Counted from the first letter of the stretch, positions 20,624 through 30,432 are shown. The stretch is DNA of 64,000 nucleotides from a virus (IMGVR_UViG_3300031999_000001:136058-200057); one strand, 5' to 3'. Notes: generated by a model not told the origin, from the letters alone. Numbers and translations are program-made.

Positions 20624-21310
20624 TTAAAAATTATTCACCAAACCTTGATTATAATCAACATATCCACCACCAACATCACTATATCCTGCTTTTGGTTTCA
20701 CTAATGTTGGTAAAAAAACATATGCTTTATATATATTATGACTTTGTAATAATGGCTGTAATATATCTGCTGGCTCTTTCCATATTTTTAATCTTTCTAA
20801 AAAATCAACAAAAATATTACTATTATAACCCAAAGCATATGCACATTGTGTCCATTTGGTTTTAATTAATTCATAATCAAAAGTATTGTAATTTTGTTTT
20901 GTTATTTTAATTGTTTTGTCTCCCGTTATCATTTCAAAACTACCCCAATCAAATTGGTTATTTCCACCCAAATACAATAAATTCCAATTATCGGGTAAAT
21001 ATTCAATTTTTTTCCAAAATCTTTCATTTATATTATCATTTAAATGAACATCATCCTCAAAAATCAATATACTTTTATATTTTTTTAATATTGCATCTTC
21101 GAAAATTTTAATATTTGTTAATAAATTACCATATGCACCAGCATGTCGATTTAAACCGGGTTGAAAAATATCTTTTCCGTTAATTGCTTCAAATCTTTCA
21201 ACCGTTAAAAAATGTTTTAGAAATTCTTTGCTCATTTCTTCCCATCTATCAGTTCTGTGTGTTAGATTCAAACAATAAATATGATCAAAAAAATTATTAA
21301 GTGTTTTCAT
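20624..21310 (-). CDS. GT25 (LPS-biosynthesis type) glycosyltransferase
   Basis: YCLNL..RTDRW, ERFEAING, ILIFEDD, LLYLGG. Confidence 0.85.
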   Translation of the reverse strand: MKTLNNFFDHIYCLNLTHRTDRWEEMSKEFLKHFLTVERFEAINGKDIFQPGLNRHAGAYGNLLTNIKIFEDAILKKYKSILIFEDDVHLNDNINERFWKKIEYLPDNWNLLYLGGNNQFDWGSFEMITGDKTIKITKQNYNTFDYELIKTKWTQCAYALGYNSNIFVDFLERLKIWKEPADILQPLLQSHNIYKAYVFLPTLVKPKAGYSDVGGGYVDYNQGLVNNF

Positions 21311-21322
21311 ATTTATATATAG

Positions 21323-21961
21323 CTACAAATTATGTTTTTTTCTAATTGCCATTATTGCATCTATTTCACTGTTTGTATTAGAAGTGATGCCTTCGTCTAT
21401 ATAATATGCAAAAAACTCATTATTTTGCACCGCAACTCCCTTATCACCATTTTTTAGCATAGTTAGCCAAAGGTCATAATCTTGAAGCCGTTTTAAATTT
21501 TCATCAAATCTTGGAAATTTTTCTCTGCGAATTAATGACATTGTTGAAATATAATTTGTTACTTTTAGTCTTTCGACATTAAATGGTATTGTTGGTATTA
21601 TAAAATTTTGTTTCAGTGGATGATTAACACTATCAACAACAATTCCAATATACCCGCTATAAGCATATGCTGCATTTAAATTTTTATTTAATGCATCCAA
21701 TAATTTTTCAAGATAATTTTTTGGTAAAAGTATATCATTATCACAAAAAAATACAAATTGTTGTGTTGATCTATCAAAACCATTATTTCTTTTTTTTGGT
21801 GCACCACCTAAATCATCATTAATAATTATTTCAATTGGCTGATTTGCCTCAATTAAAGGAAATACATAATTTTCAAAAAAATCTTTTCTCAACTTATCTC
21901 TTGTTGTTGGAATTATTACAGATATTGGTAATCCATCATTATATTTTATAATATCAATCAT
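21323..21961 (-). CDS. GT2 glycosyltransferase
   Basis: ISVIIP, KRNNG, FCDND, FDENLKRLQDYDLWL. Confidence 0.85.
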   Translation of the reverse strand: MIDIIKYNDGLPISVIIPTTRDKLRKDFFENYVFPLIEANQPIEIIINDDLGGAPKKRNNGFDRSTQQFVFFCDNDILLPKNYLEKLLDALNKNLNAAYAYSGYIGIVVDSVNHPLKQNFIIPTIPFNVERLKVTNYISTMSLIRREKFPRFDENLKRLQDYDLWLTMLKNGDKGVAVQNNEFFAYYIDEGITSNTNSEIDAIMAIRKKHNL

Positions 21962-22502
21962 TTTTCCACATTTTATTTCTAATTATTCTTGAAATGCTTA
22001 TTTCAGACACACCATATTTTCTCGCAAGAAATTGATAACCATCTTTTTTCAATATGTTGTTAAATTTAAACATACGAATTTCTTGTACTTGAATATTATT
22101 TAATTTAGCATTTATATTATTTTCACCACACATATTTAGACCATTTAAATGCCCCTCGACTTTTCTGGCAAGATTATAAATTTTATTGCTGAAATATTTA
22201 AAATAATAATCCAAATATTGTTGTTCAACATCATGTAATTGATTTTTATCAAAAATTTGAACAATTATTGAAAACATAAAATTCTGCGAACCATATTTAT
22301 TCCAAGCATGCTGTAAATAAATATTATAATGCTTATTATTATTTAATAAATGTATATGATGACTCCAACGATTTTTATAATCATAAGCACTGCCAATATA
22401 AAACTTACCATCTACCAAATTTAATATTTGATATATTGAACGTGGACTTGCTTCAAAATAATCAGGAAAATCATTTTTTATTCTAATTGCATTAGATTTC
22501 AT
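21954..22502 (-). mobile_element. Free-standing GIY-YIG homing endonuclease with C-terminal HTH
   Basis: SIYQI.N...FYIGSA...RW..H, EQ..LD, YN; C-term GENNINAKL...LARKYGVS..SISRI. Confidence 0.85.
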
Positions 22503-23197
22503 TCTTCATACGTAATTGGCAATTCATCTTTATATTTTTCAACAAATTGTTGTCTGTTTTTTTCCCATTCTTCATTTGTTGCACCCACAGATTCATGTAG
22601 TATTCTTATATCTGTTATAACACCAATATTACAACCCTCAAGGTAATTATTAAAAACCATCGGAATTTCATAAAAATGAAACCCTTTAAATTCTTCATCA
22701 AACTTATGCTCAATATTATTACAATCAACAGCCATAAATAATCCATCAATTAATATTACTGGTTTAATATATCCTTTTCTTGGTGGTGCATATTCACTTA
22801 CCCATGTTGAAATGCCATTGGTGTGCTCTACGACTCCATACATTTTAGTTCTGTCAGTCCACCAGCAACCATTATCGGCAAGATATGTTGTACCAGCTAC
22901 GCCAATTATTGAAAAATTCGAATAATTGAATTTATTAAGCAATATTTTACCCCAATTAGATGTTTTTATGGTTATGTCTGGATGAGAAAACACCATAATT
23001 ACATTATCTCCGTTATGTTCAGCAATTGCTCTATTATAAACTTCAGAAAGTGAATATTGGTTATAATTAACATAACACACAACATCATAATTTACGCCAA
23101 TTGTTTTATGAATATGATTAATAAATTCATTATTTTTTTCATCACCTAAATGTGAAGAAAATACAACAACTATTTTATTTTTTAAATTTTTTTTCAT
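22499..23197 (-). CDS. GT2-like glycosyltransferase (Glyco_tranf_2_5-like)
   Basis: LSEVYN, FSHPD, IIGVAG, IDGLFMA, FDEEFKGFHFY, ILHES.G. Confidence 0.8.
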   Translation of the reverse strand: MKKNLKNKIVVVFSSHLGDEKNNEFINHIHKTIGVNYDVVCYVNYNQYSLSEVYNRAIAEHNGDNVIMVFSHPDITIKTSNWGKILLNKFNYSNFSIIGVAGTTYLADNGCWWTDRTKMYGVVEHTNGISTWVSEYAPPRKGYIKPVILIDGLFMAVDCNNIEHKFDEEFKGFHFYEIPMVFNNYLEGCNIGVITDIRILHESVGATNEEWEKNRQQFVEKYKDELPITYEE

Positions 23198-23202
23198 AAT
23201 TA

Positions 23203-23367
23203 TTATTTACATCTGCAAAAATTTTGAAAACCAGCATAATTTAAATCATAAGGACTTACGTTTTTTGGCATTATTTTTAATCCACAACAAGGACATTCAT
23301 TTGTAAATCCACCAACTTCATTCAAATCATAAGGATTTATGTGTTTTGGTTTTTTTCTATATTTCAT
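23203..23367 (-). CDS. 54-aa Cys-containing protein with internal duplication
   Basis: Manual translation: MKYRKKPKHINPYDLNEVGGFTNECPCCGLKIMPKNVSPYDLNYAGFQNFCRCK. Confidence 0.55.
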   Translation of the reverse strand: MKYRKKPKHINPYDLNEVGGFTNECPCCGLKIMPKNVSPYDLNYAGFQNFCRCK

Positions 23368-23372
23368 TTTAA

Positions 23373-23531
23373 TTAAATGTCAAATGGAATATTCATTTTA
23401 TTAGGGTCGATTTCCATATTTTGAAGGAAATGTTCTTTTTCTCTTTCAAGTTTTTCCATTTCTTCTTTAAACTTTTTACTTTTAAGAAAATTTTTAATTT
23501 TCCCTTTTGTTCGCAATGTTAATTTTTTCAT
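23373..23531 (-). CDS. 52-aa hypothetical protein
   Basis: Manual translation MKKLTLRTKG...NIPFDI; TAATG coupling to upstream ORF. Confidence 0.45.
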   Translation of the reverse strand: MKKLTLRTKGKIKNFLKSKKFKEEMEKLEREKEHFLQNMEIDPNKMNIPFDI

Positions 23532-23626
23532 TATTTTGTAATTACTTCAACAACAATAATAAAAACAACAATAATAACAATTGTTAAACCAATAACAAAC
23601 CAATCCCAAAAATCATCCTTTTTCAT
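23531..23626 (-). CDS. 31-aa single-TM peptide
   Basis: MKKDDFWDWFVIGLTIVIIVVFIIVVEVITK. Confidence 0.45.
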   Translation of the reverse strand: MKKDDFWDWFVIGLTIVIIVVFIIVVEVITK

Positions 23627-23768
23627 TTTTTTCCTGAATTATATATTTTTTACCTTTAAATACTTTTTCAAATTCTTCACGCTCATGATTTTTTCTACGT
23701 TCTTCATCTTGTTTTATTCTCATAGCTTCTTTTTCCCAATAACTATAATATTCTTCAAAAGTTGGCAT
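23613..23768 (-). CDS. 51-aa hypothetical protein
   Basis: MPTFEEYYSYWEKEAMR...; lies downstream of a Bacteroidota-type promoter. Confidence 0.45.
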   Translation of the reverse strand: MPTFEEYYSYWEKEAMRIKQDEERRKNHEREEFEKVFKGKKYIIQEKNEKG

Positions 23769-23810
23769 ATTTATTTTTTTATTAATTTAATAAAATAATT
23801 TTTACAATCG

Positions 23811-23841
23811 CAAACCTAATAAAATTAAATTAAAATGTCAA
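23811..23841 (-). promoter_or_regulatory. Bacteroidota sigma-A type promoter
   Basis: TAGGTTTG (-7, 23811-23818) with TTG 20 nt upstream. Confidence 0.6.
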
Positions 23842-23844
23842 GGA

Positions 23845-24159
23845 TTATTGTTTTTTGTATGCAATTAATAATGCTTCATAATCCGCTTTGACTTTTGTGA
23901 GTGGAAATGGTATTCTTATTAATGCACCATCAGGTATATCAAATTCTGATACATAATTACCATTTGCATATAAAATAAGAAAATCATAAAATGGATTTCC
24001 ATAATACTTTTGTGATAATTTATCCATTCTGCTAAATTCAGAATTCCAATACTCATATTTATCACTTGAATTTACAGGTAATTTAACAAACGGCATTGAA
24101 TCTGTTGTTCCATCACCATTTTTTAATATTGAATATCTATTATAATCTATATATGGCAT
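23845..24159 (-). CDS. Baseplate wedge/LysM-like (gp53/tail X-like) protein
   Basis: RMDKLSQKYYGNP....ILYAN...IPDG..IRIP pattern; position after hub gene. Confidence 0.7.
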   Translation of the reverse strand: MPYIDYNRYSILKNGDGTTDSMPFVKLPVNSSDKYEYWNSEFSRMDKLSQKYYGNPFYDFLILYANGNYVSEFDIPDGALIRIPFPLTKVKADYEALLIAYKKQ

Positions 24160-24173
24160 AATTATTATTTTAT

Positions 24174-27100
24174 TTATTCGAATGATTCTACTTTACCCAA
24201 ACCCACCTTGGTTTCATATGCTGCAAGCAAATTCTTTTGTTCTGTTGTTAATATACCATCAATATAACTTTTTTGATCATCAGCAACTTTTGAAGGTAAT
24301 TTATACATACCACTATTACTAAATGTAGAATTTGCATAATAATTAAATGATACTGCATTCTGCAGAGCATCGATAGGTCCTTTCAACGACTGACCACCAA
24401 TTATTTTTATTTGTAACGTAACTTTAGCAATCATTGGCTGCATACCAAAACCCTCTGGGTTCATATCCCATGTGGTTTCATTATAATCAATTGTAACATT
24501 TTCAATAATTATTTTTGTATAGAAAAAATCCCCAATTCTTAAAATACAAATAGGTTGACGACCAAAAACAGAATTTTTTGCCCTTAATATACCATTATTA
24601 TCAACAGTTGTAGTATTTCTTATAGCTGAACCCTGTCTTGTACATTGCTGTAAAAAAGTTAATCTTTTATGAAAATCTTCTGGTGTTTGTGAATGAAATA
24701 CAGGATAATAATAATTACCACCAACTGATTGAAATCCATGAAGAATTCCAGTATCACCAGCACCATTTTCATCAACACTTCCTCTTTCCTGATATATGCA
24801 AGAATTATTTTGTTTTTTTAATTCTCTAATTTTTGTTCTAATTGCATTAAGTTCTATTGTTATATTTTCAATTGTTGTTATGTCATCAGATGATAATTCT
24901 GGTTTTTTTGATTCTGATTTTCTTTCATTTTTTCTAATTTCAATCAGAGAATATCTTTCATTTTTAGTATCTTCTTCAGGAATTGCTGCTGCAGTTGCAT
25001 TACTATCGCTTGCTTTTTCATCACCAGTACTTGCCGTTACGTCATAAGTAACTTCAATTCCCAATTCATTAATATTTTTACTAAACATTGCTTCCAGTCT
25101 TTTTTCAACTAAAATTTTTGTAGCATCTGCTCTTCTTTTACCCAACGCCAAATTATATTCACTACCTTCTATCTTATCTTTTGCATTTGCTTCAGTATAT
25201 AATTTAGATGCACCACCAACAATATAAACACTATATAATGGTCTATTTTTTTCATCATTAAAAAATCTAAAAAGTTCGTTATTTAATTTAGAATTACCAA
25301 ATTCATCATTTAATCCAACTTGATTATATTGTGAAAAATTTGCTGGTAATAATGAGGGATTAAGTATCCAAATAGTTTTACCTAAAATTGTTCCATTATC
25401 TGTAAGACCAGTTATAAAAAATATGTCTCTATTTAAATGATAACACGTAAAATCACCACCAGATGCACATCCATCATATATTTCATAATGATATTTTATA
25501 TATAAATCATCAATAATGGTATTAAGATTATCTCCTATTCTTGGAATATCATTTGGAAATGCTATTCTTATTGAAGATGGAGCAATATTTTCAGGTTCAA
25601 CAATTTCCATACTTCCTTTAATATCTTCAATTTGTTTTAAAAGTGCAGTTTCTCTTGCTTCATAATTTTCAACCGAAACAAATTTATCAACATAATTATC
25701 ACCACCAAATGCAAAAAATTCAGCAATTTCTCTTTGTTTATCAATACCTTTATAATTTTTTAAATGTTGTGGATAATCAACAAGCAATGTAAAGGTAATT
25801 GTTGCACTTCTTTCTGAATTTATATAATTATACATTGGTTCATTTCTACCAACCATAACAGTTGGTTCAAATTTAGCTGTTGCTGTTTCATTTAACTCTA
25901 AATTATATGGAGGAAACCACATAATTCGTCCATTGAACGGTCCGACTTCACACGCTGAAATTGGTGAACCATATTCATCATCAATAATACCATAAGCACC
26001 TTTACTTATAACTCTAACAGCAAGATTTTCAATTGAAAACATTAAATTTTTATTATCAATATTTCCAGTTTTTTTATTTATTGTGGGATGAATACGTGGC
26101 AATACTGTATTATAAATTACCGAATTTTCATTTCCACCATAAACTTTATTACCATTAAATCTAATTGCTTTTGCAAATCTATCATATTGATCTAATACCG
26201 AATGTTGACGAATACCCCTTTTACCTGAAATTTGAGCATCCTGCGCATATTTACTATTATTTGCTTTCCATAAACCAGCACCATTAAAACCAACTAAATT
26301 ATTATTGCGTGTAAATGCTTTTCTTGTAATATCAACAACAGCACCTTCGGTTGCATTTAATAAATTTCTGGTATATTCCAATAAACCACTTCTTAAATTA
26401 AACGGATTAAAATATGATAAATCACCAGAAATATTATTATTACCAACATTAATATCATCACCACGAAATTGTTTTATTTTTTCAGTTGCTTCTGGTGAAA
26501 TACCATCACGACCCCAAATAAGTTTATTTTCAATATTATTATTAGTAAATTCAAGAGTACTACTAATCCAATCATTTTCCAATTCACTATTAAATGCTGA
26601 AATAAATGTTTTATTTGTTGTTCCCAAATAAAATTTAATAAAATCATTATCTGGTGCATATTCTGAAGAATATGTTTCATCAATAATTAATGAATTAATC
26701 ATATTTTTATTTGCATCAATAATTGAATTTGATTTTAATAAACTAATATTAAATATTGTATAGGGATTAAAAATTTTATTATTAAAATCAAAAAACTTTT
26801 TATCATCCTTACCACTACCAATTTTTTTATCTTTACCACCTAATATAACACTTCTACTAAAAATTTCTGTATCAGCCTTTTCAGCATAATCATAAAAAGT
26901 TTTATCGGTATTATTTTTTCCTTGTTTAAATATATTTTTATTAATTGCTGAATATAAAAAACCTAATTGTCCCGTACCAGTATTTTTAATAAAATCACTA
27001 TTACTTGGGTCTTTACTAAATGGATAATCTTTTATTGGATATGTATAAAATATTTTATCAAGAAAATTTTCAAATATTATATCATCAGCTTTCTTCGTAA

Positions 27101-27497
27101 TTCTCATATCGTTATATAAAGTAAAAAGTTTAGTATTTTTATTTTTATCAAATAAATTACTAACTTTAATAACTGGAAATGTTTGCTGTGCAAGATGCGA
27201 CATTGAATTTAATGCAAACTGTTTACCTAACATAATAAGACCAACTTCTGTTAATGGTGTTGGTGTTGTTATAAGTCTACCATAAACAGTATTTTTAAGA
27301 TTATATGATTTAAATGGTGTAATTCCAGCAATAATACTATTAATAGCACCAACAACTTTATCTACACTTCTTGCATTCTGAAGAGGATATTCAACATCGG
27401 GAGTATATAAATTACGTGAATATAAAACATTTCTAATATTATTTGAATTTGTTAATAACCTTGAAGTAGTAATACCATTAATATTATCCGATGCCAT
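24174..27497 (-). CDS. Large baseplate hub/tube-initiator-like protein with internal OmpA-like motif
   Basis: Follows tape measure; WFPPY...GRNEP.Y.Y..SER and PICILRIGDF..TKIII repeats; YNLALGKRRA motif. Confidence 0.6.
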   Translation of the reverse strand: MASDNINGITTSRLLTNSNNIRNVLYSRNLYTPDVEYPLQNARSVDKVVGAINSIIAGITPFKSYNLKNTVYGRLITTPTPLTEVGLIMLGKQFALNSMSHLAQQTFPVIKVSNLFDKNKNTKLFTLYNDMRITKKADDIIFENFLDKIFYTYPIKDYPFSKDPSNSDFIKNTGTGQLGFLYSAINKNIFKQGKNNTDKTFYDYAEKADTEIFSRSVILGGKDKKIGSGKDDKKFFDFNNKIFNPYTIFNISLLKSNSIIDANKNMINSLIIDETYSSEYAPDNDFIKFYLGTTNKTFISAFNSELENDWISSTLEFTNNNIENKLIWGRDGISPEATEKIKQFRGDDINVGNNNISGDLSYFNPFNLRSGLLEYTRNLLNATEGAVVDITRKAFTRNNNLVGFNGAGLWKANNSKYAQDAQISGKRGIRQHSVLDQYDRFAKAIRFNGNKVYGGNENSVIYNTVLPRIHPTINKKTGNIDNKNLMFSIENLAVRVISKGAYGIIDDEYGSPISACEVGPFNGRIMWFPPYNLELNETATAKFEPTVMVGRNEPMYNYINSERSATITFTLLVDYPQHLKNYKGIDKQREIAEFFAFGGDNYVDKFVSVENYEARETALLKQIEDIKGSMEIVEPENIAPSSIRIAFPNDIPRIGDNLNTIIDDLYIKYHYEIYDGCASGGDFTCYHLNRDIFFITGLTDNGTILGKTIWILNPSLLPANFSQYNQVGLNDEFGNSKLNNELFRFFNDEKNRPLYSVYIVGGASKLYTEANAKDKIEGSEYNLALGKRRADATKILVEKRLEAMFSKNINELGIEVTYDVTASTGDEKASDSNATAAAIPEEDTKNERYSLIEIRKNERKSESKKPELSSDDITTIENITIELNAIRTKIRELKKQNNSCIYQERGSVDENGAGDTGILHGFQSVGGNYYYPVFHSQTPEDFHKRLTFLQQCTRQGSAIRNTTTVDNNGILRAKNSVFGRQPICILRIGDFFYTKIIIENVTIDYNETTWDMNPEGFGMQPMIAKVTLQIKIIGGQSLKGPIDALQNAVSFNYYANSTFSNSGMYKLPSKVADDQKSYIDGILTTEQKNLLAAYETKVGLGKVESFE

Positions 27498-27512
27498 TAA
27501 TATTTATTTTTT

Positions 27513-27520
27513 ATAAATAC
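27513..27520 (-). promoter_or_regulatory. Putative late promoter GTATTTAT
   Basis: 16 nt from the start codon at 27497. Confidence 0.65.
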
Positions 27521-27713
27521 TTGCAAATTAAATTTATTAATTCTAATTTTACCTTGGGAAAATATACCCTTTTCAATATAAAATTTTATATTATTATATA
27601 AAATAATTATTGGGTGATAAGTTAAATGAAAAAAAATAAATAAAAAAATAAATAAAAAATTTAATAATTTCTTTTAAATTAAGTAATTAAAATATATCTT
27701 TGAATAAATAATG

Positions 27714-27826
27714 AAATTTCGGAGAAATTTAAATATAGTTATCCTATAAAACAAGTTTTGATTAAATTCGAAGAAATTAATCACAAATCATTGTAAATTT
27801 GTTTTTTGTTTCGAAGAAACGAAGAA
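27714..27826. repeat. Three TTC-GRA-GAAA mini-hairpins in a 420-bp AT-rich intergenic region
   Basis: aaatttc-gga-gaaattt (27714-30); gattaaattc-gaa-gaaattaatc (27760-82); gtttc-gaa-gaaac (27808-20). Confidence 0.6.
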
Positions 27827-27849
27827 AGAGTTTTTGGAAAAAAACTTGT

Positions 27850-27880
27850 CAAAGTTACAATATTTTAAATTAGAAAACAA
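27850..27880 (-). promoter_or_regulatory. Bacteroidota-type promoter
   Basis: TAACTTTG (27850-57) with TTG 20 nt upstream. Confidence 0.5.
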
Positions 27881-27919
27881 GTGTTTTTAATTTATGTTGA
27901 AAAATAAATATTAATTTTA

Positions 27920-30412
27920 TTATACTGCTTGACCTGTTCTTGCACGTTCTGTTTTTTGAATTGCAGCATTAACATTATAAGTTTTTTGCATAAATTTTTG
28001 ACCATCAATATTTAATGTAATATCATTTACAACAGCTAAACGTTTATCAGCAAATTCTACTTTTAATGGAGTTTTCATAAGATTAGCTAAATCACTTAAC
28101 ATACTACCGCCTTTAATATTCATATTTGATATAGATGCAATTGCATTTTCTACAGCAATAAAATCATTTTTACTTCCAGATAGAACAGTTTTAATATTAT
28201 TAAATGCTAAACCTATTTTTTCAATACCTTCTGAATGTTTTGTCATTCTTGCCAGTGAATTATTAAAAGCAAACATAGATACAATACCACCAGCACCCAT
28301 TGCTAATGTAATTGCACCAACACCAGCAGCAACACCAAGTAATTGTTTTCCAGCACCAGTACCAGATTCATTCATTTTTCCAATGCCTTCAGCCATTTTA
28401 CCAATACCAACTGTTGCTAATCTAATACCAAAACCAATACCAACTATGGCAGCACCTACTGCTAATATTGGTATTGCTGCTCCAGCAGATGCTGTTCCAA
28501 CTGCAGCTAATCCAATTGCTGCAAGTGGAAAAGTAATTGCAAGTGTTTTTGCAATACTTGCTAATGATTTTGCTTGTTCAGGTGTTAATTTAGCCATTGA
28601 ATCAGCAAGTTTACTAATTCCTTGTGCTGCAAACATAATACCAGCACCAGTACCAGCCATTGCTGCACCAATACCAGCACCAGTACCAAGTGCTTTCATT
28701 CCTTTACCTTTTGCAAGTGCACCAGCACCAATACCTTTACGTTGTTCAAATAAACCACTTCCGCTTTCAGCAGTTTTTTTAAGAGTAGTAATACCTTTAC
28801 CACGACCTAAAATACTTGGTAATGAACCAATTAAACCACCTACTACTTTTTGAAGTCCCAAAGTAATAGTTTTCCACATTACACCAGCACCAATAAATAA
28901 TGCAATTACTTTTATCCAACCAGCAGGTCCTTTGGTAATTGCTTCAGTGAATTTAATTATATATGGTCGTGCCCAAACTAATACACTATTTACTGATTTA
29001 AGTATAGGTAATAATGCGGTTTTTAATTCCGCAATTGTTGCTTTAAATGCTTCATCAAATGTTTGTGCAGATTTTGCACGTTCTTCTAACAATATATGTT
29101 CTTTAGTAAAAGCATTTGCTTGTGTTTTTGTTAAACTGGTAATATCTTTCATTTGACCAGCAAGTTGAACTTCAAATCTACCAGTTTCTTTATTAAATAT
29201 AGCTGCACCTTCAATTAATTCTTTTTCTTTATCACTTAAACCCATACCACCCATTTGTTGACGCATTCTTTGTATTTCTGCTTGTCTTTCAGCCATTTCA
29301 GTTAATGCACCTGTTTCCATTCCAAGAGATTTAGCTACTGCAGCAATTCTATCTCGATCAGCAGGACTTATGAATTTTTCAAATACTGTTTTTCCAGCAC
29401 TATCAGTTACTTTTCTAAATGAAACAACACCTTTAGTCATATCAGCAATTTTTTCAGTAAATTTAGCTGGATCATTACGAGATAAGAATAACATTTGAAA
29501 TGGGTCAGTTTTTGCAAATTCACCACCCATAATTTGTAGATTTGCAGCTAAATCAATAGCACCTTCAAGAGTTTTTGCAATATCAGCAGCATTAAGTGCC
29601 TGACTTATATCAATTCTAAACTTTTCAGCATACATTGCCATTTGTGCAAAACCTTTAACACCTTGTTGAAAAGTATAAGTATTTAATCTTTTAAAATTAT
29701 CATTAACGTTTTTAAGAACTTTTGTTGTATTAACACCCATTCTTTCTGATGTATCAACAACACCTTGAACATAATTCATTGTAGCTTTTGCATCAAAACC
29801 CATTAATTCAAATTGTGCACCAAGTTTTGTTGCCTGTTCAATGCCAAGTCCAGTACCTTTACCAATTGCAGTAATATCTTTAACCATATCCGCAGATAAA
29901 ACACGTGCCCTGCCAGTTTCATCAGCATAGCCACCCATAATTGTTCCAATATCTTCAAGGCTACCACCCAATCTTGCCACAAATCCAGCAGATTGTTCGA
30001 ATGATGTTCGCATTAATTCAGCTTTAGTACCTGACATTCCAAGACTAAGAATTGTACTTTTTATTATTTTATCGGATTGCATTAAATATTGCCATCCAAT
30101 TTTTAATTGATTATTAAAATAACCTAAAACACCAAGTAATGCACGTCTTGTTTTTTGTTCTTTAGTTAACTCAACATTAATGTTTTGTTGTGTTTTTTCA
30201 AGTTCTTTTAATATTTTTTCTTCTTCATCAGATAAATCATTACCTTTAGTTTTTAATTCATTAATTAATTTCTGATTATTAGTATTAATTTCTGATTGTC
30301 TTGCTCTGGCAGTATCATAATCTGTAACAGCAATAGAAAGTTGTTTTTCTTGCTCAAGCAATCTATTTAATTCTCTAAGTTGTTCTATTATTTTTTTATT
30401 ATCATCAGCCAT
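27920..30412 (-). CDS. Tape measure protein
   Basis: 830 aa, helical, Ala/Gly-rich with hydrophobic C-terminal half; lies between chaperone and baseplate hub. Confidence 0.85.
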   Translation of the reverse strand: MADDNKKIIEQLRELNRLLEQEKQLSIAVTDYDTARARQSEINTNNQKLINELKTKGNDLSDEEEKILKELEKTQQNINVELTKEQKTRRALLGVLGYFNNQLKIGWQYLMQSDKIIKSTILSLGMSGTKAELMRTSFEQSAGFVARLGGSLEDIGTIMGGYADETGRARVLSADMVKDITAIGKGTGLGIEQATKLGAQFELMGFDAKATMNYVQGVVDTSERMGVNTTKVLKNVNDNFKRLNTYTFQQGVKGFAQMAMYAEKFRIDISQALNAADIAKTLEGAIDLAANLQIMGGEFAKTDPFQMLFLSRNDPAKFTEKIADMTKGVVSFRKVTDSAGKTVFEKFISPADRDRIAAVAKSLGMETGALTEMAERQAEIQRMRQQMGGMGLSDKEKELIEGAAIFNKETGRFEVQLAGQMKDITSLTKTQANAFTKEHILLEERAKSAQTFDEAFKATIAELKTALLPILKSVNSVLVWARPYIIKFTEAITKGPAGWIKVIALFIGAGVMWKTITLGLQKVVGGLIGSLPSILGRGKGITTLKKTAESGSGLFEQRKGIGAGALAKGKGMKALGTGAGIGAAMAGTGAGIMFAAQGISKLADSMAKLTPEQAKSLASIAKTLAITFPLAAIGLAAVGTASAGAAIPILAVGAAIVGIGFGIRLATVGIGKMAEGIGKMNESGTGAGKQLLGVAAGVGAITLAMGAGGIVSMFAFNNSLARMTKHSEGIEKIGLAFNNIKTVLSGSKNDFIAVENAIASISNMNIKGGSMLSDLANLMKTPLKVEFADKRLAVVNDITLNIDGQKFMQKTYNVNAAIQKTERARTGQAV

Positions 30413-30432
30413 AATAAAATATTATATTTAAT

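Noticed and set aside
4597-23197. Bacterial O-antigen/capsule locus or giant eukaryotic virus origin
   Set aside because: No wzx/wzy/wzz or ABC exporter; contiguous and co-oriented with myophage baseplate genes; flanks encode a gp23-like capsid and contractile sheath
27600-27830. CRISPR array or tRNA in the intergenic gap
   Set aside because: Repeats are only about 10 nt with three copies, no cas genes are present and no cloverleaf is evident
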